Shown here: piece by piece, positions 1-8,554 of the stretch | Layout of the letters: every line of letters starts with the position of its first letter | Numbering within the stretch: the first letter of the stretch is position 1 | Source of the DNA: an uncultured Eubacteriales bacterium | Lineage (GTDB): Bacteria > Acidobacteriota > Aminicenantia > Aminicenantales > Aminicenantaceae | DNA: 64,000 nt | Direction of reading: 5' to 3' | Assembly: GCA_964440805.1 (NCBI GenBank) | Contig: CAYTTR010000004.1 | Coordinates: forward strand, 15,040 to 79,039 | Notes under the pieces: model-generated | What the model saw: only the letters and a program-made list of their open reading frames with translations | Database searches by the model: none | What the model was told of the DNA's origin: nothing | Translations under genes and position numbers: made by a program

Positions 1-103
1 AACCAATTTTTAGCAATAAAAAATCTTTTTCTTCATCTTCTGTTTTAATTACTATTCTCAGGCCACCGATTATTATTTTCGTACAAGTTGACTCTGATTG
101 CAT
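1..103 (-). CDS. hypothetical protein, N-terminal fragment running off the left edge
   Basis: There are 34 stop-free codons from ATG at 103 (MQSESTCTKIIIGGLRIVIKTEDEEKDFLLLKIG) in AT-rich DNA, divergent from the kinase gene. No recognisable motif and no clear SD. Confidence 0.2.
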   Translation of the reverse strand, partial: MQSESTCTKIIIGGLRIVIKTEDEEKDFLLLKIG

Positions 104-147
104 CCGGTGTTATTTTAGCATGAGCCTTTTTTAAAGAAGTAGGAACA

Positions 148-972
148 GTGGATAAGGAATTTCCAAGCCGGCCTGTAGCAGTAGCCGGTTATTCAGGCAG
201 GATTCATTCTGATTTTAATACTTCCCCTTTTTTGAAAAAACTGGCTTCCATTGACACTCTGCTTGATTCGCCTGAAGCCAGGATTCTTCTGAAGGGACGA
301 AACAGAGTAGCCGCGGTAAGTTTTCCGGTTTCTTCCGGAAAAACAAACGAGATTATAATTAAGGAATTCAGGCTCAGAGGAGTAAATCTTCTTAAAACCC
401 TAATTCTTCCTTCCAAGGCAAAAAAGGCTTGGAGAGGGAGTGTCGGCTTGGTTCAGAGAGAAATTCCCACTTCTTTTCCGGTAGCTTATCTTGAACAAAA
501 AAAGGGATTAATGGTGGAAAAGTGTTTTTTCCTCTCCCGCAAGATTCCTTTTTTTCAGGAAATCCGGTTTCTTTTCCGCGACCTGAAAGGTAAAGCCCTG
601 GAAGACCTGCTCCTTCACTTGGCTGCTTTTCTCCGCCAAATTCACCGGCAGGGAGTGCTGCACCGCGATCTTTCAGACGGGAACATCCTGGTCAGACGTG
701 AAGGCAGCGGCTATACTTTTTTTCTAGTAGATACAAACCGTATCCGGTTCCGGAAGCGAGTCGGTCTCTATTCAGGAATTAAAAGTCTTGTCCGGTTGGG
801 GATTGCGTCTCATTACCAGCGTTTTTTCCTTGAGAAATACAGGGGCAATATAGGATTGAGCCGGACTGTATGGCTGTGGTATAAGCTGGGGAAAAATACT
901 TTCTCAGCTTATCTCAGAGTTAAAAAAGCACTCGGTTTAAAAAAGTTAGCCCGAAAGCTCGGAGTCCAATAA
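148..972 (+). CDS. lipopolysaccharide kinase family protein (Kdo/WaaP/InaA type)
   Basis: 274-aa ORF with a GTG start after AGGAA. It has the protein-kinase catalytic loop HRDLSDGNILV followed by FLVDTNRIRF, and a length and pattern typical of LPS core kinases. Confidence 0.7.
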   Translation: MDKEFPSRPVAVAGYSGRIHSDFNTSPFLKKLASIDTLLDSPEARILLKGRNRVAAVSFPVSSGKTNEIIIKEFRLRGVNLLKTLILPSKAKKAWRGSVGLVQREIPTSFPVAYLEQKKGLMVEKCFFLSRKIPFFQEIRFLFRDLKGKALEDLLLHLAAFLRQIHRQGVLHRDLSDGNILVRREGSGYTFFLVDTNRIRFRKRVGLYSGIKSLVRLGIASHYQRFFLEKYRGNIGLSRTVWLWYKLGKNTFSAYLRVKKALGLKKLARKLGVQ

Positions 973-973
973 G

Positions 974-2266
974 ATGGAAGATTTCTCTTGGAACCCCTAT
1001 GCCGACCAGCCGCACAATATAGCACCCAAAAAAGATCGCTGGCGGCTTCATCTCAAATATGCCGGAAGCTACCTCAGCCTGCTTCCTTCAAATTTGGCCA
1101 AGCTTTCCCCCTCCCTTTTTCTCTACTGGAAATACAGGCAAGAACTTTACACTAAAACTGTATTTCTGGAAGATTGCTTTGCCGTTTCTGTCTCCATGGA
1201 AGAAACCCGGGAGAAAACAAAAAGAATAATATCCTCTTTAAAAGAGTTGGGAGTGGCTCATACTCTTTTTCGCCTCCCTTCCTGGGAAAAAGAAAAGATG
1301 GAACGCTTCCTGGAATTAGCCGAAATTCTTGATGGAGAGGGATTTTCTTTAACGCTTGCTCTCCTCCAGTGCCGCCGCGATGTTTTGGATTCCGGCCGCT
1401 GGAAAGAATTTCTGGAAGAGGTGTTTTACAGGTTCAAGGGATTGGTTTCTTTTTTTGAAATCGGTCATGCTTGGAACCGGACCAAATGGGGACTCTGGAG
1501 CTGGAAAGAGTATCTCAAGCTTATGGAACCCGCTTCTGAGCTCTCTTCAAGGAAAGGCGTTAAATTAGTAGGGCCGGCAGTCATCGATTTTGAATTTCAT
1601 CTTTATCCACCCCTCTTATCCCGATATTCCTTTGATAAGGTGTCTTCTCTCCTTTATGTTGACCGGGGAGGGGCTCCGGAGAATACCCAGTTCGGCTGGG
1701 ATACTTCCCGCAAAGTAGCTTTGTTGAAAGCAATTGTTGATTCCTGCCGGGGAGGGCCGAAAGATCTCTGGGTAACCGAAGTTAACTGGCCTCTTCGAGG
1801 CACCGGACCTTATTCGCCGGCTTCAGGAAAACCCAATGTCAGTGAAGAAGAACAGGCAAATTATTTGGTACGCTACTATGTCCTTACCTTGGCCACAGGC
1901 TTAGTGGAGAGAGTTTACTGGTGGCAGTTGGCAGCCCCTGGATACGGTCTGGTGGATAACCGGGGTGATGGCTGGAGAAAGAGGCCTTCTTATCTTGCTC
2001 TGAAAACTTTAATTGATCTCCTTAAAGATAGCCGTTTCCTTAAAAAAATTCCCCATCCGGAAGCTTATATTTTTGTTTTTTCCAAAAATGACCACATTCT
2101 GGCTGTTGCCTGGAGAAAAGCCGGAGGGGGCAAGGTTGATTTTCCTTTTGAGGTGAAACAGATTGTTACACGTGATGGACAAGTAAAACCGGCGAGATTC
2201 AGAAAAATTTTTATTGACACAAGCCCCTGTTATCTGATTTTAAAAGAAGAAGAAAAAATATTATGA
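974..2266 (+). CDS. hypothetical protein, possibly a clan GH-A TIM-barrel glycoside-hydrolase-like enzyme
   Basis: 430-aa ORF starting 1 nt after the upstream stop. The segments VTEVNWP and ERVYWWQL resemble nucleophile-strand regions of GH-A hydrolases. The assignment is weak. Confidence 0.45.
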   Translation: MEDFSWNPYADQPHNIAPKKDRWRLHLKYAGSYLSLLPSNLAKLSPSLFLYWKYRQELYTKTVFLEDCFAVSVSMEETREKTKRIISSLKELGVAHTLFRLPSWEKEKMERFLELAEILDGEGFSLTLALLQCRRDVLDSGRWKEFLEEVFYRFKGLVSFFEIGHAWNRTKWGLWSWKEYLKLMEPASELSSRKGVKLVGPAVIDFEFHLYPPLLSRYSFDKVSSLLYVDRGGAPENTQFGWDTSRKVALLKAIVDSCRGGPKDLWVTEVNWPLRGTGPYSPASGKPNVSEEEQANYLVRYYVLTLATGLVERVYWWQLAAPGYGLVDNRGDGWRKRPSYLALKTLIDLLKDSRFLKKIPHPEAYIFVFSKNDHILAVAWRKAGGGKVDFPFEVKQIVTRDGQVKPARFRKIFIDTSPCYLILKEEEKIL

Positions 2267-2931
2267 CCGCAGAAGTGAAAAGCCGGCCATTCGAAGATTA
2301 CCAGGTTGATGAGTACGAAAAAAAACGTTACCGTGGGCTTGACCAGCGGTTGGTTGATAGCCGGGAGAAGGCGATTGTTAAAAAAATTTATAAAAAAATT
2401 ACCCCTTCGGCCGGTCTTCTTCTTGATCTTCCCTGCGGCTACGGCCGTTTTTCAGCCCTTTCCTCAGGGACCGGTTTTTATCTTGTCCAAAGCGATATCT
2501 CTTTAGCCATGGTTAAAAGAGCTCTTAACCGGCCTTTGAAAGAAAATTTATTCAGGGCCGGAGCTGTGGCTGATGCAATCTTTGGGCTTCCCTTCAAAGA
2601 AAACGTCTTTCAAGCGGTTCTTTCCATGCGTTTTTTTCATCATCTACATCAAAGAGAAGACCGCCTAACTGTTTTAACTGAGTTTCACCGGGTGAGTTCC
2701 TCTTGGGTTGTTCTTTCTTTTTACCGGTCCAATTTCCTTCACATCTTTCAGAGAAAGTTGCGGCGGAGGATTAAAAAAAGCCGGACCAGGATCAAAATGC
2801 TTACTTGGCGGGAATTCAAAAAAGAGCTATCCGGGGCCGGGTTTAAAGTGAAGAAAAAGTTCTCGCTTTTTCCCGGTCTTCACGGCCAGCAGATAGTCTG
2901 GCTTGAGAAAATAAAAGATAATAATATTTAA
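2263..2931 (+). CDS. class I SAM-dependent methyltransferase
   Basis: 222-aa ORF with a 4-nt ATGA overlap with the upstream gene. It has the SAM motif I-like LLDLPCGYGRF and the post-I acidic residue (VQSDIS). Confidence 0.75.
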   Translation: MTAEVKSRPFEDYQVDEYEKKRYRGLDQRLVDSREKAIVKKIYKKITPSAGLLLDLPCGYGRFSALSSGTGFYLVQSDISLAMVKRALNRPLKENLFRAGAVADAIFGLPFKENVFQAVLSMRFFHHLHQREDRLTVLTEFHRVSSSWVVLSFYRSNFLHIFQRKLRRRIKKSRTRIKMLTWREFKKELSGAGFKVKKKFSLFPGLHGQQIVWLEKIKDNNI

Positions 2932-2953
2932 AATTTGAAAGGAGAAGTCTGAA

Positions 2954-4801
2954 GTGAAGAAAAAATTCTTAGGCACTATGATTATCGTTTCAATTATTTT
3001 CTTGGGTGGTGTTTCCAACGGCTTGACCGGAGAGCAACCTGTAACTACTAACAAAGACAAACTTTTAACCATTGCCGTTCAGGGTAAAATTGCTCCGGCA
3101 GAACCTTCCAGGGGTTATGTCACTACCTGGAACGGAAAACCCAAAATGGCCATCGGAACCGGAGGTATCAATTACAATTTGAAGCTAAGAGAAAAAGTTT
3201 TCGGCTGGGCAAGTGGTGACCGGGCAACCTTGGGAGTGGCGGTAAGCGGAGCCGGAGAAGAACGTTACGGCGGCGCCTGGCTTAATTTTACCTCTATCGG
3301 AAACGAAGTTAAGCTTCTTAGCGGAGAAGCAAGAGGAGAAAAAGGGATTGTTATTGGAAAATTCGGTAGTTATGTTCTGGCTCATTTTGAAGACCGGGTG
3401 CTGGAGAAACTTGCAGTAGGAGATCTTATGCAGGCTAAAGCCTGCGGTGTCGGCTTGAAAATAAATGGATTTGATGATGTTTTTACTCACGGACTTTCTC
3501 CCCACATATTAGAAAAGATAGCGGTTCAAGATGAAGAAGGAAAGATTGTTGTTCCGGTGGTAAAGGAGATTCCCGCCGAAATAGTGGGCCAAGGTGCGGG
3601 TAGATCAAGTCTCAGCGGGCACTGGCATATTCAGACCTGCTACCCCCCTGATATTGAGAAATACGGGCTGAATGAACTCCGGTTCGGTGATTTGGTTCTA
3701 CTAAGAGACATTCAAACTGATTATGGAAAAGGATATTACAAGGGAGGCGCCACAGTTGGTGTTGTCTGCAGCGGGCCGAGTGATATTTCAGGCCTGGGAA
3801 TAGGAGTAACCCCAATTCTCTCCTGCCGCACCGGAAAACTTAAAGGCCGGCTTGATCCTGAAGCCAATATAGCAAAATACTTAGGAATAAAGATGAGCGC
3901 AAAGGATGCCGGGTCAACCGAAACTTCTGCCTCTTTTAAAACCAACAAGGAAAGCCTGATAGAGACAGCTGTTGAAGGAGTGGTCCAACCGGCCGGAAGC
4001 CGGGATTATTCTACAACCTATGAGGGGACCCCCAAGCTCAGTATCGGCATGGCCTCTATTAACTATACAGTTTCCATGGGCGATCCGGCTTACGGCTGGG
4101 CTGAGGCCGATCATGTGGAACCCGATGTTACTATCCAGGGCCGGGATAAAGACAGGCCCAGTGATTGCGCCCTGGCTATTTTAGCCTGTATCGGCAATGA
4201 GGCAAAAGTTGTTTCCGGGGAAGCCAAGGGCGCCCGAGGCTTCTATATAGGAAGACATGCTGGATCGGATGATCTTGTTTGGTTTCCCAAGGAGGTTCTG
4301 GAGAATTTGGCTGTTAACGACCGGATACAGGTCAAGGCCAAGGGAGTAGGATTGAAGATAGAAGGCTTTGAGGACGTCAGAGTAAACAAGCTTTCTCCCG
4401 AGCTTTTAGAAAAAATGGGCATCACGGTCAAGAACGGCCGCTTAGTGGTTCCGGTAGTGATGGAAATTCCGGGGCACATCATGGGTTCCGGATTGGGGGG
4501 TTCTTTTATAGAAACGGTTGATTACGATATTCAGACCACCTGTCCGGAAACAGTAGAAAAATACGGCCTTAAAAAACTTCGTTTAGGCGATCTGGTAGCC
4601 ATTCGTGATCACTACAACTACTACGGCCGGGGGAGATATGAAGACGCAGTCACCATCGGCGTCTGTATTCACGGCTGGAGCGATTATGCCGGCCACGGTC
4701 CCGGCTTGAATCCTGTGCTTAGTGCTCTTCCCGGAAAAATAGAGGTAAAAATTGACCCGGAAGCTAATATTGCTTACTATCTGGGTCTAAAGCAAAAGTG
4801 A
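2954..4801 (+). CDS. secreted protein made of two homologous ~290-aa halves (possibly DUF4438-like)
   Basis: GTG start after AAAGGAGAAG, with an N-terminal signal/anchor (KKFLGTMIIVSIIFLGGVS). Residues ~30-320 and ~327-615 align along their whole length (e.g. GKPKMAIGTGGINYN / GTPKLSIGMASINYT; KACGVGLKINGFDDV / KAKGVGLKIEGFEDV; DPEANIAKYLGIK / DPEANIAYYLGLK). Confidence 0.6.
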   Translation: MKKKFLGTMIIVSIIFLGGVSNGLTGEQPVTTNKDKLLTIAVQGKIAPAEPSRGYVTTWNGKPKMAIGTGGINYNLKLREKVFGWASGDRATLGVAVSGAGEERYGGAWLNFTSIGNEVKLLSGEARGEKGIVIGKFGSYVLAHFEDRVLEKLAVGDLMQAKACGVGLKINGFDDVFTHGLSPHILEKIAVQDEEGKIVVPVVKEIPAEIVGQGAGRSSLSGHWHIQTCYPPDIEKYGLNELRFGDLVLLRDIQTDYGKGYYKGGATVGVVCSGPSDISGLGIGVTPILSCRTGKLKGRLDPEANIAKYLGIKMSAKDAGSTETSASFKTNKESLIETAVEGVVQPAGSRDYSTTYEGTPKLSIGMASINYTVSMGDPAYGWAEADHVEPDVTIQGRDKDRPSDCALAILACIGNEAKVVSGEAKGARGFYIGRHAGSDDLVWFPKEVLENLAVNDRIQVKAKGVGLKIEGFEDVRVNKLSPELLEKMGITVKNGRLVVPVVMEIPGHIMGSGLGGSFIETVDYDIQTTCPETVEKYGLKKLRLGDLVAIRDHYNYYGRGRYEDAVTIGVCIHGWSDYAGHGPGLNPVLSALPGKIEVKIDPEANIAYYLGLKQK

Positions 4802-5187
4802 ATAACAAAAAGCACATCCCGCTGGGGATAATCGTTATTTCCGTCATTATGTTTTTTGCGGCTCTGGCTACAAATATTTTCTGGATAGCCAAGCTTTTGG
4901 GAAAAGACTTTCCGGCTACTATTCAGGTTGATGAAAAAATTTATAATGCCTTTGCTGCCCCTGATCTTCTGATGTCTATTTTTCTTTATGTTGGAGCCAT
5001 CGGCCTCCTTAGAGGCCGCAAGTACGGCTTAGCAGCCACTTTTTTAGCCATGGGCATGTGGCTCTTTGATTCTCTTCTGGTGCTTGGAATCACCAAATTA
5101 GACCGGATTAATATTGTTGGACCCTGTTTGTTTTTCGTCTGTTTTACTGTAATTTATCTCTGGAGAAAACAGGCCTTTTTCGATTGA
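4798..5187 (+). CDS. small integral membrane protein (4 predicted TM segments)
   Basis: 129-aa hydrophobic ORF whose start overlaps the upstream stop (GTGA). Confidence 0.55.
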   Translation: MNNKKHIPLGIIVISVIMFFAALATNIFWIAKLLGKDFPATIQVDEKIYNAFAAPDLLMSIFLYVGAIGLLRGRKYGLAATFLAMGMWLFDSLLVLGITKLDRINIVGPCLFFVCFTVIYLWRKQAFFD

Positions 5188-5241
5188 TTACTCTATTTCT
5201 GAACCGGTTCCAGGTTGTCGGCAGCTCATCCATTTCAAGGC

Positions 5242-5304
5242 AACAAACGCAAGTAAAGCAATGAACTCAATAAACACGATAAACGCAACTAACGCTATCA
5301 ACGC
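5242..5304 (+). repeat. 9-nt periodic repeat array (7 units), locus R1 of a dispersed family
   Basis: The units read aacaaacgc aagtaaagc aatgaactc aataaacac gataaacgc aactaacgc tatcaacgc. The array lies in a convergent intergenic gap. Confidence 0.8.
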
Positions 5305-5307
5305 AAA

Positions 5308-6504
5308 TTAGAAGCGGAACCGGAGCCCTGCTTTAACGGTTATGCCGGAGAAAGAGACCACAGCTTCCTTAACATCAGAGACCCCTGCTTCTCCGGGCTT
5401 CTGTCTGCTTATAAAGAGCAGGGGATAAGATTTTTGGGCTGAAACTCGAGCCTGATAAATGTACAAAGTTCCCTTTTCTTCTGAAGTTTCTCCATCTGAT
5501 TCAATATAAATGTTGGTACCTTTGAATCCACTAATTTCAGCGTATTGCCCGGAAGCTTCAACGAACAGCCCAAGAAAAGAACCGAGCCAGGCTATAATAC
5601 CGGCACTTCCTCTAAATCCGCTACCTCTTGTGGTAGCTTCTCCCTGCCATCTGATCCAATCTTCACCTGTCTGGATGTGATAGTAATAGCTTGCCTTGGC
5701 GAAGTAGTAATCGACTCCAGCTTTTAAGTAAAAGAAATCGACAGGAGAATAAACGAGAGAAAAACGGAGGGGAAAAGCCTTAATTTCAGGCCTGGTGGTG
5801 AAGATGTCCTTTCGCGTTCCCTTCATAAGTTCAACCTGGCTCTCTTTTTCTCCGCTAAGATAATCAAGTCCGATGCCAAGAGATACCTGACGTGAAAGAG
5901 TAATATTCAGCTCTGCACCGACATTGTAACTAAGACGAAGAGGAGAAACCGTTCCAGTGGCTGTTGCCCCCAACGAATCTTTATAGAATCCAGCTAATCC
6001 CTCTGAGCCCCGGTTGAGGTCTCCTCCACCAAGGATGTTTCCTCCTCCTGTTAGAGAAAACTGAGCGGAAGGGAATTGGGCCGGGAGTTGAATTGAAGAT
6101 CTTTTTTCGGGACGGACTATTTGTTTTTCCTTGACAGGAGGAGGCTTTTCTTCTGCTTTCTCTTGGGGCAATTTTATTTTTTCTGGCCTTTTTTCTTCAT
6201 CAACATCAGGTTCTATCATCATGACTAAGCTCTCATGAACATAGCCGGAGCCTTCTTCTCCTTCATCTGAGACGAAGTCAACTTTATACCATTCGCCTTC
6301 TTTTTCCAGCAAGCTCAGGTAGCTTCCCAGGGGAGCCTGATAAATAATTAGGCTTGTTATATCCGGTTTCAAACGAATGTTTGCCTGTTCTGCCACTACC
6401 TTGAGTTGAATGTTTGACGGCTGGGTCAAAGCAGGCGTTAGAAAAAGAAAGTTTGCCAAAAGGAAAACAATACCGGTTTTAGTAATATTTTTCATTTTTC
6501 CCAC
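5308..6504 (-). CDS. outer-membrane beta-barrel protein with an N-terminal bacterial SH3-like domain
   Basis: It has a signal peptide and an SH3b-like segment (ANIRLKPDITS...EWYKVDF...GYVHESLV). A Pro/Glu/Lys-rich linker follows, then alternating-hydrophobic beta-strand sequence ending in ...AGLRFRF with an aromatic C-terminus. Confidence 0.65.
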   Translation of the reverse strand: MGKMKNITKTGIVFLLANFLFLTPALTQPSNIQLKVVAEQANIRLKPDITSLIIYQAPLGSYLSLLEKEGEWYKVDFVSDEGEEGSGYVHESLVMMIEPDVDEEKRPEKIKLPQEKAEEKPPPVKEKQIVRPEKRSSIQLPAQFPSAQFSLTGGGNILGGGDLNRGSEGLAGFYKDSLGATATGTVSPLRLSYNVGAELNITLSRQVSLGIGLDYLSGEKESQVELMKGTRKDIFTTRPEIKAFPLRFSLVYSPVDFFYLKAGVDYYFAKASYYYHIQTGEDWIRWQGEATTRGSGFRGSAGIIAWLGSFLGLFVEASGQYAEISGFKGTNIYIESDGETSEEKGTLYIYQARVSAQKSYPLLFISRQKPGEAGVSDVKEAVVSFSGITVKAGLRFRF

Positions 6505-6582
6505 CGGATAGATTCATCTTCATTCTTTTTGATTATAGGAGAATTCCCGGCTCCTGGCAAATACAACTTGTACAGTAAAACT

Positions 6583-6993
6583 AATTACCCATGGCGGCCT
6601 GGCCGCCTGTTGTCTTTCTCGGTCTATTTTGGGATCGCCATTGCCACTAAGCGGCCTTGCGATGACATGGAAATTAAGTCACTTCGCCCATCTCAACTGT
6701 TAATTTTGTTTTTCTCGTTTATTTAGTTTGTCTCGTACAATCTTTCAAAACCAAACAAACTAAATAAGCTGGATAAACCAAATGAACCATATAAACGCTA
6801 TTAACGCAATCAACTCTATTAACGCTTTTTACTTGTCTCGCTCTCATCGACCATCTTTTTTTTATTTAACTGAATTAACTGAACAGACCGAATAAACGAA
6901 ATAGACAGAAAGGACTGAACAGACAGAACAGACATCTATAATTGTTTTTCTTCAGGGAAAGGGGTGTCCCTTTGGGGGAACGTCCCCCTTTTT
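6583..6993 (+). repeat. composite intergenic repeat element, locus R2 (longest copy): head ATTACCCA, two 9-nt periodic arrays, double hairpin plus T5
   Basis: Array B lies at ~6751-6826 (...tggataaac caaatgaac catataaac gctattaac gcaatcaac tctattaac). Array D lies at 6881-6934 (gaacagacc gaataaacg aaatagaca gaaaggact gaacagaca gaacagaca). The hairpin module at 6948-6993 reads aaagggGTGTcccttt gggggAACGTccccc ttttt. R2 is collinear with R4 at 15485-15768. Confidence 0.8.
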
Positions 6994-6996
6994 GAT

Positions 6997-8304
6997 TCAG
7001 CGGAATAATAATGTACTGCTGGTATAGAAAGTTCCGGCTATGGCTCCGGTCATAAGGCAAGCCAGAGTGGCTGCCAGGAGCGCTTTAAATCCCAGGCGGC
7101 TTATGTCTTTAATCCGGTCCGGAGCCAGGGCTCCCACCCCTCCTACAAAAATGGCCAGTGAGGCTATATGGGCAAAACCGCAAAGAGCATAAGAAGTAAT
7201 GATGGCTGAGCGGGGATGAATCAGTTTCCCTTCAGCAATAAGTTCGGCCAGGTGCTGGTAAGCCACTACTTCGGTAGCCACAGTTCTTTCTCCTATGACC
7301 TTAGCTGCGGTCATGGCATCTTGGGGAGGAATCCCCAGGGCCAGGGTAAGAGGATAAAACACAACTCCCAGAAGCGATTCCAGCGACCATTGGAAATTGA
7401 GACCCAGCAAGCGATTAAGATAGCCGCCTGAAAATCCCAGAATAAGATCAAAGAGAGCCAGAAGTCCCAGGAAAGCCAGGAGAAGGGTTACTATCCCTCC
7501 CAGGAGTTTCAGCCCGCTGTTAGCTCCTTCGATTATGGCCATAATAAGATTGTCAGGCCTCTCATAATAGGGTTTGATGCTGAGCCCCAGAGTTTTTGGT
7601 TGTTCTGATTCAGGAACAATGAGTTTGGCCATTATCACAGCAGCAGGCACCGAAAGAAAAGAAGCCGAAACCAGGTGCCCGGCTATGGTGGGAAGGTTTT
7701 CCCGCAGGGCAAATACATAAAGAGCCAGGACCGTGGAAGCAATGGTTCCCATTCCCGCTGAAAGCACCGTAACCAGTTCAGACCGGGTCATATCTTTTAG
7801 GTGAGGCCTGATAACCAGAGCAGACTCTACTCCTACGAACATGTTGCTGGAAGCGGCCAGGGATTCGGCTCCGCTTATTCTCATTAGCCTGGTGAAAAGG
7901 AAGGAAAATCCCTTGATCAAGAGAGGCATGATTTTTAAATAATAGAGGGCGCTGATAAGAGCGGCAAAAAAGATGATGGTGGGTAAAGCCTGAAAGGCCA
8001 GGAAATATCCCAATGAAGTTTCTCCTGCTTCATTAACCGCTCCAGGAGGCAAGGCCAGCCGGCCGAAAAGAAATCTGGTGCCGGCTTGAGCGGAATCAAG
8101 GACTATAACTACCACCTTGTTTAGAAAAAGAAACAGCTTTGTTCCCGCAGGAACCAGGAAGATGAAGACGGCAAATAGAATCTGAATGGTGATCCCCCAG
8201 CTTACCACTCTCCAGTTTATCAGGCGCCTGTGTTCAGAAAAAAGCCAGGCAATAAAAACCATGACGAATATTCCCAGAAAGCTAATTAAGTTGTATGTTT
8301 CCAT
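6997..8304 (-). CDS. nupC: NupC/CNT family concentrative nucleoside transporter
   Basis: 435-aa polytopic protein. It carries the CNT signature region SGAESLAASSNMFVGVESALVIRPHL and the C-terminal ALCGFAHIASLAIFVGG. Confidence 0.85.
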   Translation of the reverse strand: METYNLISFLGIFVMVFIAWLFSEHRRLINWRVVSWGITIQILFAVFIFLVPAGTKLFLFLNKVVVIVLDSAQAGTRFLFGRLALPPGAVNEAGETSLGYFLAFQALPTIIFFAALISALYYLKIMPLLIKGFSFLFTRLMRISGAESLAASSNMFVGVESALVIRPHLKDMTRSELVTVLSAGMGTIASTVLALYVFALRENLPTIAGHLVSASFLSVPAAVIMAKLIVPESEQPKTLGLSIKPYYERPDNLIMAIIEGANSGLKLLGGIVTLLLAFLGLLALFDLILGFSGGYLNRLLGLNFQWSLESLLGVVFYPLTLALGIPPQDAMTAAKVIGERTVATEVVAYQHLAELIAEGKLIHPRSAIITSYALCGFAHIASLAIFVGGVGALAPDRIKDISRLGFKALLAATLACLMTGAIAGTFYTSSTLLFR

Positions 8305-8359
8305 TATTCCGCTATCCGGCCTTATTTTTTGTTAAAACAACATTTTTTTTATTTATAAA

Positions 8360-8554
8360 ACTAATTTCCCATTGCATCCTTGTCACCCATAACGATTGAA
8401 AATGATCATTTTCCATTTTTGAGGGTGCCGGTTGTTTTTCTTGCTCATCTAATCCAATCTTAAACTCAATAAACACGATAAACACTATTAACGCAAGAAA
8501 CGCTATAAACGCATTTCTTCAGGGAAAGGGGTGTCCCTTTGGGGAACGTCCCCC
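8360..8554 (+). repeat. intergenic repeat element, locus R3 (head, one 9-nt array, double-hairpin module)
   Basis: Its head taaaactaatttccca compares with R2 taaaactaattaccca. The array at 8459-8512 reads cttaaactc aataaacac gataaacac tattaacgc aagaaacgc tataaacgc. The module ttcttcagggaaaggggtgtccctttggggaacgtcccc is near-identical to R2 6948-6988. Confidence 0.8.

Noticed and set aside
5242-5304. The 9-mer units could be DnaA boxes, i.e. an origin near dprA-topA.
   Set aside because: The units (RATAAACGC) do not match TTATCCACA in either orientation. The arrays are scattered over five loci rather than clustered next to dnaA or dnaN.
6751-6934. The 9-nt periodic arrays could be a CRISPR array or plasmid-type iterons.
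   Set aside because: The units are directly abutting 9-mers with no spacers. They are far shorter than CRISPR repeats (typically >20 nt) or iterons (typically 17-22 nt), and no cas or rep genes are in the window.
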